From the NCBI GenBank assembly GCA_964035545.1, contig OZ037768.1:8588741-8652740 (forward strand): a stretch of 64,000 nt of DNA. The letters run 5' to 3'. This DNA comes from Bugula neritina. Lineage: Eukaryota > Animalia > Bryozoa. Position 1 is the first letter of the stretch, and every line of letters begins with the position of its first letter. Below, piece after piece: positions 32,937 to 47,055 of the stretch. Under the pieces are notes generated by a model. It did not search any database and was not told the DNA's origin. It saw only the letters and a program-made list of their open reading frames with translations. The translations under genes and the position numbers were made by a program.

Positions 32937-35900
32937 CTAGGTCATTTCAAAGTAATCAACTTGATTTTCTTGTTTCACAACAGTTGTACTTTGTAAATCT
33001 GCTTGAGCTTTTAACCTGGAATATGAATTTAGCATAGAGTAAAACAAACTAATTCGTAAGTAGATAACAATAGGGATACTAGCAAAGACATTCAACTTAC
33101 TTGAGGTCTGTGGTGCTAGCATTTACAGGAATAGGCATTGGTGCTCTCCGATGTCGCTGGTTTCGTATATAACTGGTCAATGTCTGTTGAGGCAAACAAG
33201 CCTTCCCTCTAAAATATTCAACCAAATCGGTTTGTAATTATTGAAAGGTGATATGCTAAGCTACGGGCTAAAATTGACCCAGCACTGTTTATGTAATTCT
33301 TCAAAGGTGACACTATATACCATCCATTTAGCCACACTAGTGGTGAAATTTTAATAGCCCAAGTTCTTCGTTTTATTGATAAGTTTTGGTTTGGCACTGA
33401 GTTGATAACAAAAGAATAAAATGTAGCCTTGCCTCCTGGTCACAGCAAAACATTTCACTTTCTCATTGATTTTTAAATTGAGTTGCTAATAATGAAAGTT
33501 TTATTAGTCTGCTAAACTGTTACCCAAAGCTAACAAACCAATATAAAGATTGAAAAATTCAGTTTAGAGTTCCATGTTAATATAAAACATTAATTATAAT
33601 AGGTAAAGGTATTCTGTGACCGAGACTAACAAATAATCAGACTGAATTAACAAAACGCCAGCCTACTTGATTTATGTTACTAGAAACTGAAATCTAATAA
33701 AATTCCATGCAAAAATAGGATTTAGATTTTAAAATATGGATGCAAACTTTAATATAATCACTCCAGAATTAGCTGCTTAAATTTTCACTTTTATTAGCAA
33801 AACTGTCTTTAGAATGCTCAAACTGCTGATATTGAAGCAAGAAGCAGTGGGAAATTTCACCTAGTAAGTGGACAATGCTTGTTCAATCAACTTTGTCAAC
33901 AGCTGGAAGGTTATTTCCATATCAATGTGCTCCTGCTTATGGTAATGTTACTTTTGCAGCATAAAATGAACTTTTATATACGCATTAGAAGACTAACCAG
34001 AAAGCAGGAAGACAGACTAAGACACTATGTTATTACGCCTAGATTAAATGTGAGTGTAAAGGTAACCCTGTAGAAAGTTAAGTCACAATGATAGAAAATA
34101 ACTTTGTAATACTTAGAGTAGCAAGTAAGACCTACTTGTGAGCCATGGCAACTACATTTCGCTGTGGTTCTGCATCGTAGCTCACAGTTGTGCAGCTGTA
34201 AAGCTCTGCCAACTCATGGACAGCTTGTCTTTGGTCTCTTTTCATTGGCTTAAATATGTGACTTCGAGTTCTTTCTTGCTTGCACTAAAGATATTTTAGC
34301 ATAAGGAGTAAAACCAACACATACTTGCACCCATAGCACGTTGGTGTAGTGTCTACAGAAATTTGTTACAACAAATAATCTCCGGAATTTTATTATCATA
34401 AACTCCCACAGCTATAAACAAGGTACTATACTACAGCATGGGCACACATTACATGTTTGTCCACCTAATAGCTTACAAAAATGAAAATAGATTTTGTTTT
34501 TTATTTCAAATCATATTAGTTTCTGAGTATTGTGGTAAAATAAACCTACATTTTTGAAATTAAAAACATTCATTCGCTGAATTGCATATTTTATAACCAA
34601 CCTCCTTTGTTGCTTCAACCAAATCATGCAGAGCTCGTTCAATTTCAGCAATAAACACTGGATCTTTCCTGTAAAAGAGACAAACAGTAATACTACATGA
34701 ATATTTACCATCAACAGTTGGACACTTATATTCACTCTGTGAAGTATCACCGACCATTCACTAGACTTACTTTGCCTGAGTCTTGAGAAACTCCGAGTAC
34801 TGCGTTGTAGACAGTTCGAACAGTAAGTCAGGGTTTACAATATCCAAGGCAGATGCCATTCTTCTATTTCTCTCTAATTGGGCACAATTTTCATTACATT
34901 GCAACCTGCATAAGAAATGATGTAGATCATTGCAACCTGCATAAGAAATGATGTAGATTTAATCTTCAACAATGATTTACTAGAGCAAATAATAAAATAG
35001 AAGCACATATATATATTCGGATTCAGCAACTTGAAATATAATATAGAAACTCACTCTTTCTTTGAAAGTTCAGATAAGTTTATTTCAGAACTTTGCTTCA
35101 TCGCAAGAATTGCCACTGAAACCCTGAAAATATAACAAAAGATATTTTGCATTAGCATCACTTTCGATAAAGTATAAGAGTTTAGCTTTTAATAGGAATA
35201 GAGAAAGTCACGCTGAAAAAAAACTAGTTTGAGGTACCTAGCTGATAGGGTGAATCGTAACAGGGAGGCAGGGGGAGGGAGGGCATTAGCCAAAAAACCA
35301 TAATTGTTTCCGTGTAGCAGAAGTTCACTTGGTTAAACTTCTATAAGTACCTGGGGCTAAGGAAGACCACCTTTAAGGACAACTACTGCTACCACCCTGA
35401 GAGATAGCTCGTCATAAGGAAGACAGGCTGTATAAAACTCAACCACCCACACATCACATTTAATCATAATGTAAAGAATCAACCTGACGATATGAGTGAG
35501 ATGAAGAGCCAAACTCCTGCCTTTTGTCCATCTGTGGACAAGTAGATGACCCGCCAACGCAAAGCTACTGATAAGATTAAACGAAACAGAGCTGTGATGT
35601 ACTTAAGAAACAACATTAATGCGAGGGAGTACAGAAGAATGCATGGCATTCAGACGAGTAGTGGGAGGGGGGGGGTTGACGTCAGCAAATAAAGACTAGC
35701 AGATTAAGTAAGGAATACAAAAAAATCAGTTTAGAAAAGAGAAACATGACGTCAAGGAGAATTAAATAAAGGAAAGAGATAAACAAGAAAGTAGAGACCA
35801 GAATTGACTAGAAGCAAAGGCCAACAATGAAAACCTCATGAGATCTAATTTGAGGAGAGGATCGAGTGAGCATAGCAAAACATTTAAAGATCACACAATC

Positions 35901-38900
35901 ATGGCTTGTGCAAAAAATTTTAACAAAGAAGATGTGTAGGAATGAGAAGAGACAACGCACAGAAGGAAAGGCGCAGCTGCAGAAGAAATTAAGAGGCATT
36001 AGAACACACCTTAACAAAATAGGGGAATGTAAAAACATAGCCAAAGGCATTATGCGATGGCCAAAAGCTAAAACTGGATTCAGTTGTAAAAATATAAAGC
36101 AAGGCAAGGGTGCCGATAATGTAAATTGAGCAGTATACAAAATGGCATTCCAGGAGAGCTGGAGCTTTGCAATGGCTGATGTAAAAATTGCAAATACAAG
36201 CCACTTGACCCACATGGAGTTTGAAGATTCTGGGTCAAGCACCTCATCAGTTTGCACAAGCTTATAGAACATAATCTGAAGAGGAAGTGAAAAAAGGAGT
36301 TGTTTTTGAATGAACGATAAACTGAACATTATTTTTATGATTTGGTAAAGTAAAAAGTATCAACAGGTTAGCTGACAAGTTGTGTGATATTCATTGAAAT
36401 AAGGATGTTATTGGAGAACAGAGAGGCTGTATCTAGAAATCGAGGGGCATCTCAAAGTAAGACTGCCTGACTGAAAAAGAGGAATCCAGCAATTTATTGG
36501 ATAGACTAAAAAGTATAACATGCTATTACACTCCTGGAACTAATGAAACTAACTAGACTGGTTGAGAATGTGGATGCATTGATGAGAAACAGCACAAGGC
36601 CTTGAATTGGAATTAAAAGCTGCTGTAAAGACTGTCAGAATCTTCACAAGACAGAGATATACGAGTAAAGTGTGTCACATTGGTCATGAGAAGAAGGGGA
36701 AAAATGGAATACAAAGGAATTAATACGCCCTATAAACGGGTATTAATGGTAATCTTGATGGAGACTGTTATAAGCACCTTGGAATACTAAAGGCTGCTAA
36801 ACCAAAAATAGAAGACATGAAAAATAACATCGGAAATGAATCTTATAAGCAAAGTTTGAGACAAAAATATATGAAGAAAATATTATAAAGGAGAAATAGA
36901 GTAAAAGGCAAAGAAAATAATGGTGATGAATCATGAACTCCACCTAAAAATGTGGTCAACAGAGAAAAATGGTTGTAATTGAGGAATTACACAGAGATTA
37001 AAGAATGTAGCTTGTAAGATTGTATGAAGGAAACAGGTATAGATGGAGATACAATATTAAGTAGCTCAGTAGAGCTACTAGCTTAATGGTGAGAGACTAC
37101 ACTAGTGTAAGCTGTGACACAACCAATAACAGTAGAATAAAACAGAAAGAAGACTTACTTTTTATCTTTCATAGAGCAAGGAACTTGCTCTTGTCTACTT
37201 CCACATTTACAGGTAAGCTGTACTTTGCTACCACAATTGCTCACTGGACATTCTCTCCCAGCATGGCACGGCACACCACAAGGGTGGCCACATGAAGCTC
37301 GTAGCTTTGGGCATGGCTGTCGGCAAGTTTGCTCTGAACAGTCTTCATCCTGCGTAAACATTCAGCCATTGGGTTACAGCAGACAAATTGAACTGAACAG
37401 TAACTAACCAGTGTTTTACATAAAGTTGTTGCTATCGGCTCAAACTCATAAACTAAGCATCTGTAACGTAGCTCCAATCTGTAAAAAAACTCGTGCAATT
37501 TAATCGGATCAGGGATAAAAATTATTTGGCTATTTTTTGTCCGAAGCTTCTTTTTTTACCTGGATGCTACTCATATAAATTTGTGATTTAGATGTAAACC
37601 ATACAAACAGTTAAACTAGCTTTGAAACAACACAGTTGCTGCGGTACTCAGATTCGTGAAATACTGGTGACTACACAACGTCTAAGTTGACTTACTTTAT
37701 GGCAGGTTTTAGGACACTTGTGATCCCCACACACCAGCATTCTGCCACAGGGCTTGCCACAGGAAATGTCTTTAATGTAACAGGGAATATTATTTCTGTA
37801 CTGGAAATTAAATACAAACAAACTTTAATTAATATTGGCAGTTCAATAACAAAGATTTATAGAATACTTTTTTAAAAGCACATGTCATGACATAGAATTA
37901 ATATTAGTAGCTACACTCAATATGAATATCTTCAAACTGAGATTTTCTTCATATAAATGTAAGGAAAAACATTAGAAAATTATCAAGCTTTTTAATAGCA
38001 TGGTTTCCACCAATGGTTGACCAGTTTCAATACAATATGAATTGATTCAACACAAGTCAAGGCCTACAAATACACACCTCATGTTTCCCCATACACAGTT
38101 TAGTAGTGAGTACAACACAAGGGGGACATTCTCCGTCACTGTGGCAGTTGTGTGCAACTGGATGATCACATGGATGTAGTCTTGTGCATACTTCATGACA
38201 ATCCGGAGCCTTAGCACCACATGGTATGGGAGGGTACCTGACAGCCACCCCGCAATGACATCTCAGTTCATCGAAACCTGCATGTACCAAAAGCTACATC
38301 ATTGCTAAAGTTAGCTGAAGACGAAGAATTCACGTTGTAGCACAAGGAAAGGCGAGTCCATACTTTGTTTCACCAAATTAATCTCTGCCATTATATTTCA
38401 ATACAAACAAATGCCTGTTTCATAGTATACTGGACATACTGGGCTGTTGACAGTTTTAAACACTATATGCTTATAAGATAGGTTGGCATTTTCTCTAAAT
38501 ACTAAATACTACTTTGCCAACTCTACTTTGACTCCCTACATGCAAACTATTGCTGCGTCCATAAAATACTGGTCAACTGACAAGTGTAATAAATGTTGTA
38601 TTAAACTGGTGATGAACCGACACCAGGGTAGTTGGTGAGGTCAATATCACTCTTGTCATTTGTGAAGCATCACACTATAGCCATAACATGGTAAGAGGCA
38701 AAGTCCACTTGCAGAACTTTCAACATTCAAGTTTTTCACAGAGACTGTGACTATCAACATATTATAAGATCTTGTGACATTCATTGAATACACAAAATAT
38801 GTAACTCATTAAACATGTCACTACTCACTACTGAGTACTGAGTATTGAGTACTTAATAGAGGGTACTGAGTACTGTCTACAGAGTAGTGAGGAGTGAATA

Positions 38901-41900
38901 GTGAGATATACCACTGTGGCGAGAACTTACTGACGTTGTAGCACGTAGGACAATTCCCAATATGACAGAGTTCCTCACACTTATGTTTACCACAAGTCAA
39001 TTTCTTGCCACATATCTGCAGACACGGGTGACTCGTCAACTATGAAAACACAAACTTGAGTAAGAAGAAGTCGTCTCATGGCAAAGTTGTATAAAAAGCA
39101 TTAAATATAGGGAAATAGAAATGTAGTGGGTTAACAATATAGTGTCTTTCTTAATGTAACATTAGGCTAACAACTAATTAATAAAGTAAAACATTTATCT
39201 AAAGCTTGATAAGTTACTCTAAAAGCAAGAAAATAAAACTGCTGCAGATCTACTAAAGGTAAAGGAAGCTTTGGTGTTATTTACAGAAACTTTTTAAACA
39301 TGTTCACAATTTTTGTAGCTCAATATAAAAGAACTCTTCAATCTTTTAAACTTAATGTTGAAACTGCGTTTAATCAAGATTTTCACACATACTGCATTAC
39401 CAAGACAAGGCCATATTACAATTACAACTGCAAGAGTTTCATTTTAATTAGCAAGAAATAAAAATTATATGTTTCTTGCGAATCTTTTTGTTATTAAATA
39501 CAGATTTATCAAGTCTCTTTGCCATTATAACAGTAATTCTTGCCAACATTGTAAAACTGCAGTAGAATAAAGTTAAACATCATCACATAAATCATACAGC
39601 ACAGTAATATAACATACTATTATGTATAACAGTTGTGCACTTGAATGCAATAATAACTATTGCGGAGGTATTTAAGTTGTGATGTAACATTCAGAAAAGG
39701 TTACCAGGTGCCATATTAATTGCTTTTGTTTCTATTTCAATTTAATAATATAACAGCTATTTATAATATAAAGGAAGCTCATCACCTAATAAAAGTTAGT
39801 AAGTTAGCAAATTTTGTTATCAATTAATTTCATGGTTAACTGATACAGAACCAATGAAGTACAAAGACTTTACAGCTGCTTGGGTGTATGGAAAGTATAT
39901 GACAATGGATCATTATACAACATATCAATCAGAACAAAGTAGCTCCATTATAGACAGTTCAGCAGGAGAGCAGGGAAGTTACTTCTACTTGAAAGAGCAA
40001 ACAGCTAAGAATTAAGAAAGACACTTACAGTGCAACATTGCTGCCCACACTTGTGTCTTTTACAATCTCTCTTCTTGGAGCATTTCTTTTCACATTTATA
40101 TGGGTTGTCATCTGTAATAACATTAGAAGTCTACTGAGTGCTAAGAGAAGATAACTGCTAACTGAATATTAGAGATTAAATTTAAAGCTATTAATAAATT
40201 TCTTGAATTTAGATATAGAAAATATCTAACAATTAATAAAGAACCTACAGCTAATGCTAGGACAACTATGTTATGCTGCGTCCATAACGTTCTTGAAGTA
40301 CCTCTGATTATTGCATTTATTGTACACAGTTAGTGGATATAAAGCGGCACACCTGTAAATAGCATTGCCTCACTGCACTTCATCTCCACAGTCTTGTTGC
40401 CACATTTACACCTGACTTGGCTAGTCAGACCACACATACACTCTCCGGTGTGACACCTCAGCTCACACACATGATACCTCATCCCCTCTGGTCCAGAGTC
40501 GTTGACTACAACATGTGTGTATGAATGTATGAGAGTATAGTTTGCAGGAACAAAGGCATCTATGGATGTGTTTTTCCAACATGTATACAAATATACCAAC
40601 AAATGTGTTACCAGGGAGCCAATCATAAGCTTAGGAACAAAGACATAGTTTCTAGGAAATTTAAACTTGAAAATAGAGTCACAGCTTATCGTTGGTTGCA
40701 ATTATAATACAACAAGCCGTAAGCAAACAGATAAATTGGGAAAAAAGTTTATTTTTAGATATCTAAAACTGTAGATCATATGATTTTACTTCTAGAGGTA
40801 TACAATTTATAAAACTCTTGGGTTTCAAATTAAATTTGCAATAACATGCAGTTATTATTTAAAGCAAACTTTTCGTTGTTACTATTACAGTTGACAACAC
40901 TAATTTCTACTAAGTATAAAGAGATTATACTACTCAACTACTACAATATTCTGTGAACATGGCAATATTACTATGACATACAATAACTACGCATATGTTG
41001 AAACTTGCCAACATCTGTTTTACATGAGTATGCGTGCCTTACTGTAACTGTTAATGGTGATTGAAGGAATACAACTATCAGGCTTGTATGACAATATTGT
41101 TTCTGATAAATTAATTGGCTATTAACACCGAGTTTGAATTCTGCTATACCTATATTAAATATCAAATAACTACCTATATTAAATATCAAATAACTACCTA
41201 TATTAAATATCAAATAACTACCTATATTAAATAAAAAATTAATACCAATATTAAATAATCAAGTAATAACTATATTAAATATTAAATGAACATCTATATT
41301 GAATAGCCAGGTTAAAATATAGTAATAGTAACTCACTTCTGGTGCCACATTTTAGGACTTTCCCACATTTTTCTTGACAGCACGGTATCTCGTCTAAACA
41401 GCTAGTTCTTGCTGCTGCCCCTTTCAAGTCTGCCAACTCGGTCTTGCCACAGTTACATGTGGAGACAACTTCTGGAGATGTGCTGCATGGTACGCAACTA
41501 CCACCATGACAAGGCTGGGTACACGTGTGGTTACCACATGCCAAGGGCTTACCACAAACTCTGAGACAAGAATATTTATCAGTTTGTGCTTCTTCTGATC
41601 CACATGTAACCTCTCTTTTCTCTTCCCCACAATAGCACTCTACAACATACTTCCAATCAGCAAATCTACCTAACAATCTCATCAGTTATATAGTTTGATA
41701 TATAAATTTACATATAAACATAGCATAGTAATTAGTGATTAATGATTGTAGCATTCAATCCTTATAACTTTTAAGAAAAAGCAGCCTATTACTTCAGGTT
41801 TAACAAATAAACAAAGGTGACAATAAAACTAGTATAAAAAACTAGTCCAGGAGACTACAATTATTATTCCTACTTAACTTTCCTTGCTTTATTACAAAAG

Positions 41901-44900
41901 TTTTCATTTAATTTTCTATATATAGAAAATGATAATGAATAGAAGGCATAAAACAAAATAGAGTCTATAATTTGATCAGGATGTGATATCAGTAGGCCTG
42001 ATCCCACTAAAACCAGTTTTATCCAGCAACTCAACTAAAGTACAGTAGCCATTATTGGAAAACAAGCCCACAAGAAGGCGACAGGTACTCACACTTATGG
42101 AATTGAAAAGTCCTATAATTTCTATATTTGGAAATTATTTCAAAGGGGATTACCCTAGTGTCAAGCATGGGGAATACCCTAAAAGAACTTGGTACGACAA
42201 AGATTAGTGGAATTAGCTTACAACAAAACAGCCAGAACAAGTTAAATGTACCCTTCTATGAGTGCACACACAAACCTTGTAGAATGAGCAGGTTACACGG
42301 CTCACAAGCCCCCTCGTGGCACACTGTTACACAAGAATGGATGCCACAGTTCAGTTTCCGTTGGCATTTCTGACTGCAACGCACAGCCATTTGCTGGCTG
42401 CATCTCACTTTCTGATATGACTTTCGGCAGCTGCAGTGTTTGGACGTGTAGGCATTACACGGTGGACAAGGGCCGGGGTGACATAATCTACAATAAATAT
42501 TCGAGTCTATAATAAGGAGAAATGCGCTACAAGGGAACCAGTCGAGTAATGTAATTGAAAACATAGTTACAATTTGCTACAGCCAGGGTTGGAGTAAATG
42601 TAATTTGTAGTTTTAATTAATTACATTTTTCAAGTAATTAAATGTAATTTGTAATTGATATATAAAAATGTAATTCTAATTAATTACATATCTAATGTAA
42701 TTGATTTTTACAATTACTTTCTAAATACATCTCAATTACTTCAAATTTTTAAATCTTAAAAATTTCATACTTTCCTACCATGCCTACTGTTTAATAACAA
42801 GTTCAGATTAATTCAATGTAATGTAGTGTCACTGTCAGAGAACAAAGCACGTTCACCACTGTCAAAACTGCCCCTGGTAGTTGGATCCTAGAAGTGAGAT
42901 TGTATAACTTATACATTTTATCTCTTGCGATTCCAAATGGGGGGGGGGGAGTTTTTACAATAGCTGGTTACGCCCTGTAGATATTAAATTGGAATTCTGA
43001 ATATTGTTTATTTCACTAATTGCCTTTAGAATAACCAGATATTTGTTTTACTTGTCTTTAAATTTCATCACTCCAATAAACATGCAAGTTATTTTAACTC
43101 ACTCTGTACAGGGATGAGGGCAGTTATCTGCCCGCTTTTTACTACAGACTTCCCCACAACTGTGGGGCGTGTCATAAGTGTTCCACATAGGATCTCGCAC
43201 TTTTCCACAGAAACACTTGTACTGATTTGGAACTTTATTATACTCTTCTTGGCAAGTAGGGCATCTCCATGTCTTACCATCTAGCAGAGAGGTTATCAAT
43301 AACATAAATAATGCAAATAAAAATAAAAGAACATGGTACAGTACAGAATACTATCATGTACAAAATATAAATGAATACACTAAGAAAACATCCCAGAAGT
43401 GTAGACATACAGCTACCTTACCAGATGTTTGCGCAATGAGAGTGTTGGCCCATTTCTTGATGCAGTAGAAGTGAAACATATGATGACAAGTGATACAGGC
43501 CCACAGAGCTGCTTGCTGCTGTATAGATGAACAGCATATAGTGCACTCGTATGTTGCGTTGGTCAGCGTTTCAATCATAGACTCTACAGTATAATTGATA
43601 AGTCCAAACACATACATACGTCACATAGTATACTATGATAAGTAAAACACTAATTGATCTATATAATATTGCATATACATATGTTGCTTTTCCATTAATT
43701 TTATTTTCAATGGCTTGCTATAGATGTAAATATATATGGAAATTGATGCAACAAGACTCACCCCTCTGATTTTCTACAGTGACCGCATTTGTCGGTTTCC
43801 TTTCCTTAAAATCGTGCAAATAAGCATACTGGCTTTTCTTGTTCAACTGTTTTCTTTCAGTTGAACCTGAAGAGTCAACTCTGTCAAGTTTAGTCTCCCC
43901 GACTTCGATATTTTTCGATTGTTTATTATTTTGTTTCAATCGTTGCTTATTCTCTGCTTGCTGCTGCTTTAGATAATATCTGTTGCTCTCTTGATAATCA
44001 GACGAGTCGGTTCTATGACGTTCATCTTTTGGATTCTTAAACTTGGACGAAATAGCACCAGCAGCTGCACCCACTGGTGAGCTGTCGGTAGAAAGTTGTT
44101 TTGTATTGCCATGTGCTTTTAGTGGAAGATTTCTTTGACTTTCAGCTTTGCTCGTATTATTTGTTGAATTTTCTTCTGTCACATCAGCAGCTGAGTCTGC
44201 TGCAGATTTTACTTGATATCTCCGAGGTGGTCTCTTTTTTACTTTACCAAGTTTAGCCATGTTAGTAGGTAATTGGACGGGCTTGGGTTTGAAGGATGGC
44301 ACAAATGGTTTAGCTTCAGCATTGAGAGAAGATTTGGGTTCCTCGCCACTTACCAGATCCCCAGAGTGCTGGAGGGTAACTTGAGAAGATTCACCAAATT
44401 TTTTCGAATGATTCTAAACAAAATATATATATTACATATAATAGGTTTAAACATGACAACATTTTATACCAGCAATATCGAATTTACCTGTAAGTAAAAC
44501 TGTACTTACTATATACCATATAATTGAGGTAAAATATGCAGTGTGATTTCTCATTATTTATAAAAACTGCATACAAACGCAGACCAACTTCATAAAATAA
44601 TAGAAATAAACCAAACATTTGCATTTTGGTTCGGGTGGTATATTATTTAATACGACTAACAAGATGTACATTACTACTTAACATACTGCTACATCATGAG
44701 CTGTTGAAGGTCTTTCTGGTGGAGGCTTCTTTGACCTCCAATTACCTTCAGAGGCTTGACTTTGAGGTCTTCGGTGGTAATGCTGCTTATAACCAGAGTA
44801 ATGAGGTTTAACTTTTTGATGATGTGCTGTTTGTAAAGCATTGCCAGTTGCAACATCCTCCTACAATATGAGGTTTATTAAAATAACTGGGAGGAACCTA

Positions 44901-45557
44901 CAGAGATCTCACTTGCATGTTTCACCACTCAAGTATCTTTAGTAGATCTCAACTTTTTATGAATATAAAAAAGTGTTAAGTTGCAGAAGATCCATAAAAA
45001 TATATTACAGGAAGACTTAGCAAATATTATCTGGCTCTCAACCTTATTTTTAAAATGTAGTAGTTCGAATACAGTTCAAAATAATTTCAAACCAGTTCTT
45101 AAAACACCTACCATGAAGCATTTACTTCATGTAAAATGTTTTATATAAACAAAAAATATAATGTGCAAAAAGATATGCATACCACAACACATTCTGAAAT
45201 AAAACATATACTTTTACAAATGCACAAATTATCCATCTTTACCTGATAAAAGTTACTATTGTTTATTCATATATTGTTATAGGAAATAGAAGAAGGAACT
45301 TGGCTTATGATGAATCTATTACAGTTGGCAGATAAACAACAAGATGAAGAACATTCATTGAGGCTTATTACACTCTAGTAGCTCATGGCCAGACATATTG
45401 AATTGAATGTAAAACTTACATCTCTATCATCTGTATGAGCGACAACCATCTTTTGTGCATGATAATTAGATTTACTGCCACCATTTACGCCAAATCTACC
45501 TTTAGGACGCCTTCGGCTACTTGGATTAGAGTTTGGTAATTGTGCAACATCCTCCAT
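32937..45557 (-). CDS. NFX1: NF-X1-type zinc finger protein NFX1 / shuttle craft, about 1088 aa
   Basis: Exons 45557-45420, 44860-44687, 44413-43762, 43583-43422, 43280-43103, 42487-42276, 41639-41337, 40505-40353, 40111-40029, 39039-38931, 38277-38078, 37800-37696, 37349-37159, 35123-35055, 34905-34771, 34668-34602, 34284-34136, 33208-33101, 33015-32937 (3267 nt, in phase). PAM2-like [65 protein letters not shown] and repeated NF-X1 fingers, R3H domain ([28 protein letters not shown]), C-terminal VDYFEMT. R3H without a terminal TM segment favours NFX1 over NFXL1. Confidence 0.95.
34897..34958. repeat. Exact 31-bp tandem duplication spanning an NFX1 splice acceptor
   Basis: cattgcaacctgcataagaaatgatgtagat x2. 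Confidence 0.95.
35700..36860 (+). mobile_element. Decayed R4/Dong-like non-LTR retrotransposon RT fragment, antisense in an NFX1 intron
   Basis: Broken-frame peptides in RT order: [78 protein letters not shown]. These resemble R4-clade motifs PGPDxxxxFWxK, EQKGC, WIDYKKAYD..PHSW, KCxxxxxKRGK, YKYLGI. The element may extend left to about 35350. Confidence 0.7.
38828..38905. repeat. Degenerate (TACTGAG)n microsatellite
   Basis: ctactgagtactgagtattgagtact...gtactgagtactg. Confidence 0.7.
41147..41233. repeat. 24-bp minisatellite, about 3.6 copies
   Basis: tacctatattaaatatcaaataac units start at 41147, 41171, 41195, with a partial copy at 41219. Confidence 0.95.
42584..42975. mobile_element. 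Probable hAT-type MITE remnant(s)
   Basis: Starts CAGGGTTGG followed by arrays of GTAATT/AATTAC subterminal motifs; a G-run and GGTTACGCCCTG end near 42975. The two ends match only over CAGGG/CCCTG, so it may be composite. Confidence 0.45.
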
Positions 45558-45909
45558 CACTATTACAATTATAAGATGTCAACTAAATATAAATTAACAA
45601 GAGTATATTTTATTCAGCAAAAAGTATAACGAGACAAAGTAAATTTAAACTTCCCAATTAATAACTAATAAATTTATTCAACTATGAAAATTTTACATGG
45701 AACATCACAAATGCCCATGTTAAGGTTCTTATTGGTTTGCTTAAGATAGCTTTTGCGCAATAAAAATTGGCAGTGAAAGGCATTATTACTAATACTTTGT
45801 TTTAGTACTGCTCAGTGGTAGTAGACAAAGCAAGTTATTCGCATTGGTAAAAACATTGCGTATGCAACAAATACAATAACTGATTTATAAAACCAACAAC
45901 TCATTAACT

Positions 45910-46590
45910 GATTAAGATTATTATAGTAATACCATTAGTAATAGTAATACTAATAGTATAACTATTATATTTATTATAAGTATTAATATTATTCTAGAGT
46001 ATTTTCATTATACGAAACTACAAAAGTTTATTAAATTTAATATTATGATTATTTTCAAAATCACTTGCAGTTTCAACAGTCAATCAATTGCTATTGTCAT
46101 TCTCATGCTGATTCTCATTATTTATGATTACGATAGTGCTATTATTTTTATATTTCATTTGAATCGCATTTTGAAACTTAATCATATACAAATAGTAATA
46201 CTAATAGTAATAGTAATACAACAACAGTAACACTATCAGTATCACTATCTTAATCTATATCATTCTAAATATAAAGAATTTTAATATTAATAAACACCAA
46301 AACACTACAACATTGTGACTGTCATTGACTTTAAGTGAATTTCAGTTTGATTGTACTTGACTATCACTATCCACTATGACTATGAGTATGACTAAACAGT
46401 ATACTCATACTGAGTATACTGAATAACATTATGATTAAGTGATTAACTATAACTATAAGATAAGTCAAAGTATAAGAATTAAATTTAATAGTTTATACTT
46501 TATTCCATATTCATATTGATATATTTTACTGATAGTGATACTAATTACTATTAGTCATAACTGATAACTTATAAGCTTAACTATTAACCT
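45910..46590. repeat. Low-complexity hexamer-periodic tract upstream of NFX1
   Basis: agtaatagtaatactaatagtata and actatcactatccactatgactatgagtatgact; boundaries approximate. Confidence 0.8.
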
Positions 46591-46901
46591 AAACTTCTGT
46601 TGGACAGAGCGTTAGCAATATGGAAAATTGTTTTTAAATTTATACTTGTGACTTCAGAGTGGACGTGGTTGTTTTACCTGAGGCTGATGTTTCGGTTTTC
46701 CCTTCGTAGTTTCTCATTGAGGCTGAAGCTGATTGGTAAATAATTAATTTCTATTTGCTGCGAATATGCTCTTTGAGTTATTATATAGATTGAGTGACCA
46801 GTTATAATACGTTAGACAGCGAATCAACCCGTGTTCAATAGTTGTCATCAAATGGTGCAATCTTAGCATTGTATCTTCGGTTAGAAACGAGTCATTGAAG
46901 G

Positions 46902-47055
46902 ATCGCTAGATGCAGCACCTTTTTTTAGAGCTACTGAGTGCAGTTACTGAATATACATAATATTATTATTATTTGAACTTGAAAATTGCCAACCCCGAAC
47001 TTGAAACTCCTGAACTGCTACACTCAGTGACCCGAACTGTGCTGCATCAAGCGAT
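46902..47055. repeat. Small foldback / MITE-like inverted repeat
   Basis: ATCGCTAGATGCAGCAC (46902-46918) vs GTGCTGCATCAAGCGAT (47039-47055), 16 of 17 complementary, with an inner ACTGAGTG/CACTCAGT pair. Confidence 0.65.

Noticed and set aside
35484-35515. CTGACGA near the 5' side of the R4-like element as a possible ribozyme
   Set aside because: No stem II/GAAA arrangement and no HDV-like pseudoknot could be built.
35808-36329. 173-aa hydrophobic minus-strand ORF
   Set aside because: It is the antisense shadow of the purine-rich decayed retrotransposon; no splice or domain support.
46680-46712. Minus-strand hammerhead-like CTACGAAGGGAAAACCGAAACATC
   Set aside because: The CUGANGA box is broken and stems I and III cannot be formed; at most a dead Penelope-like relic.
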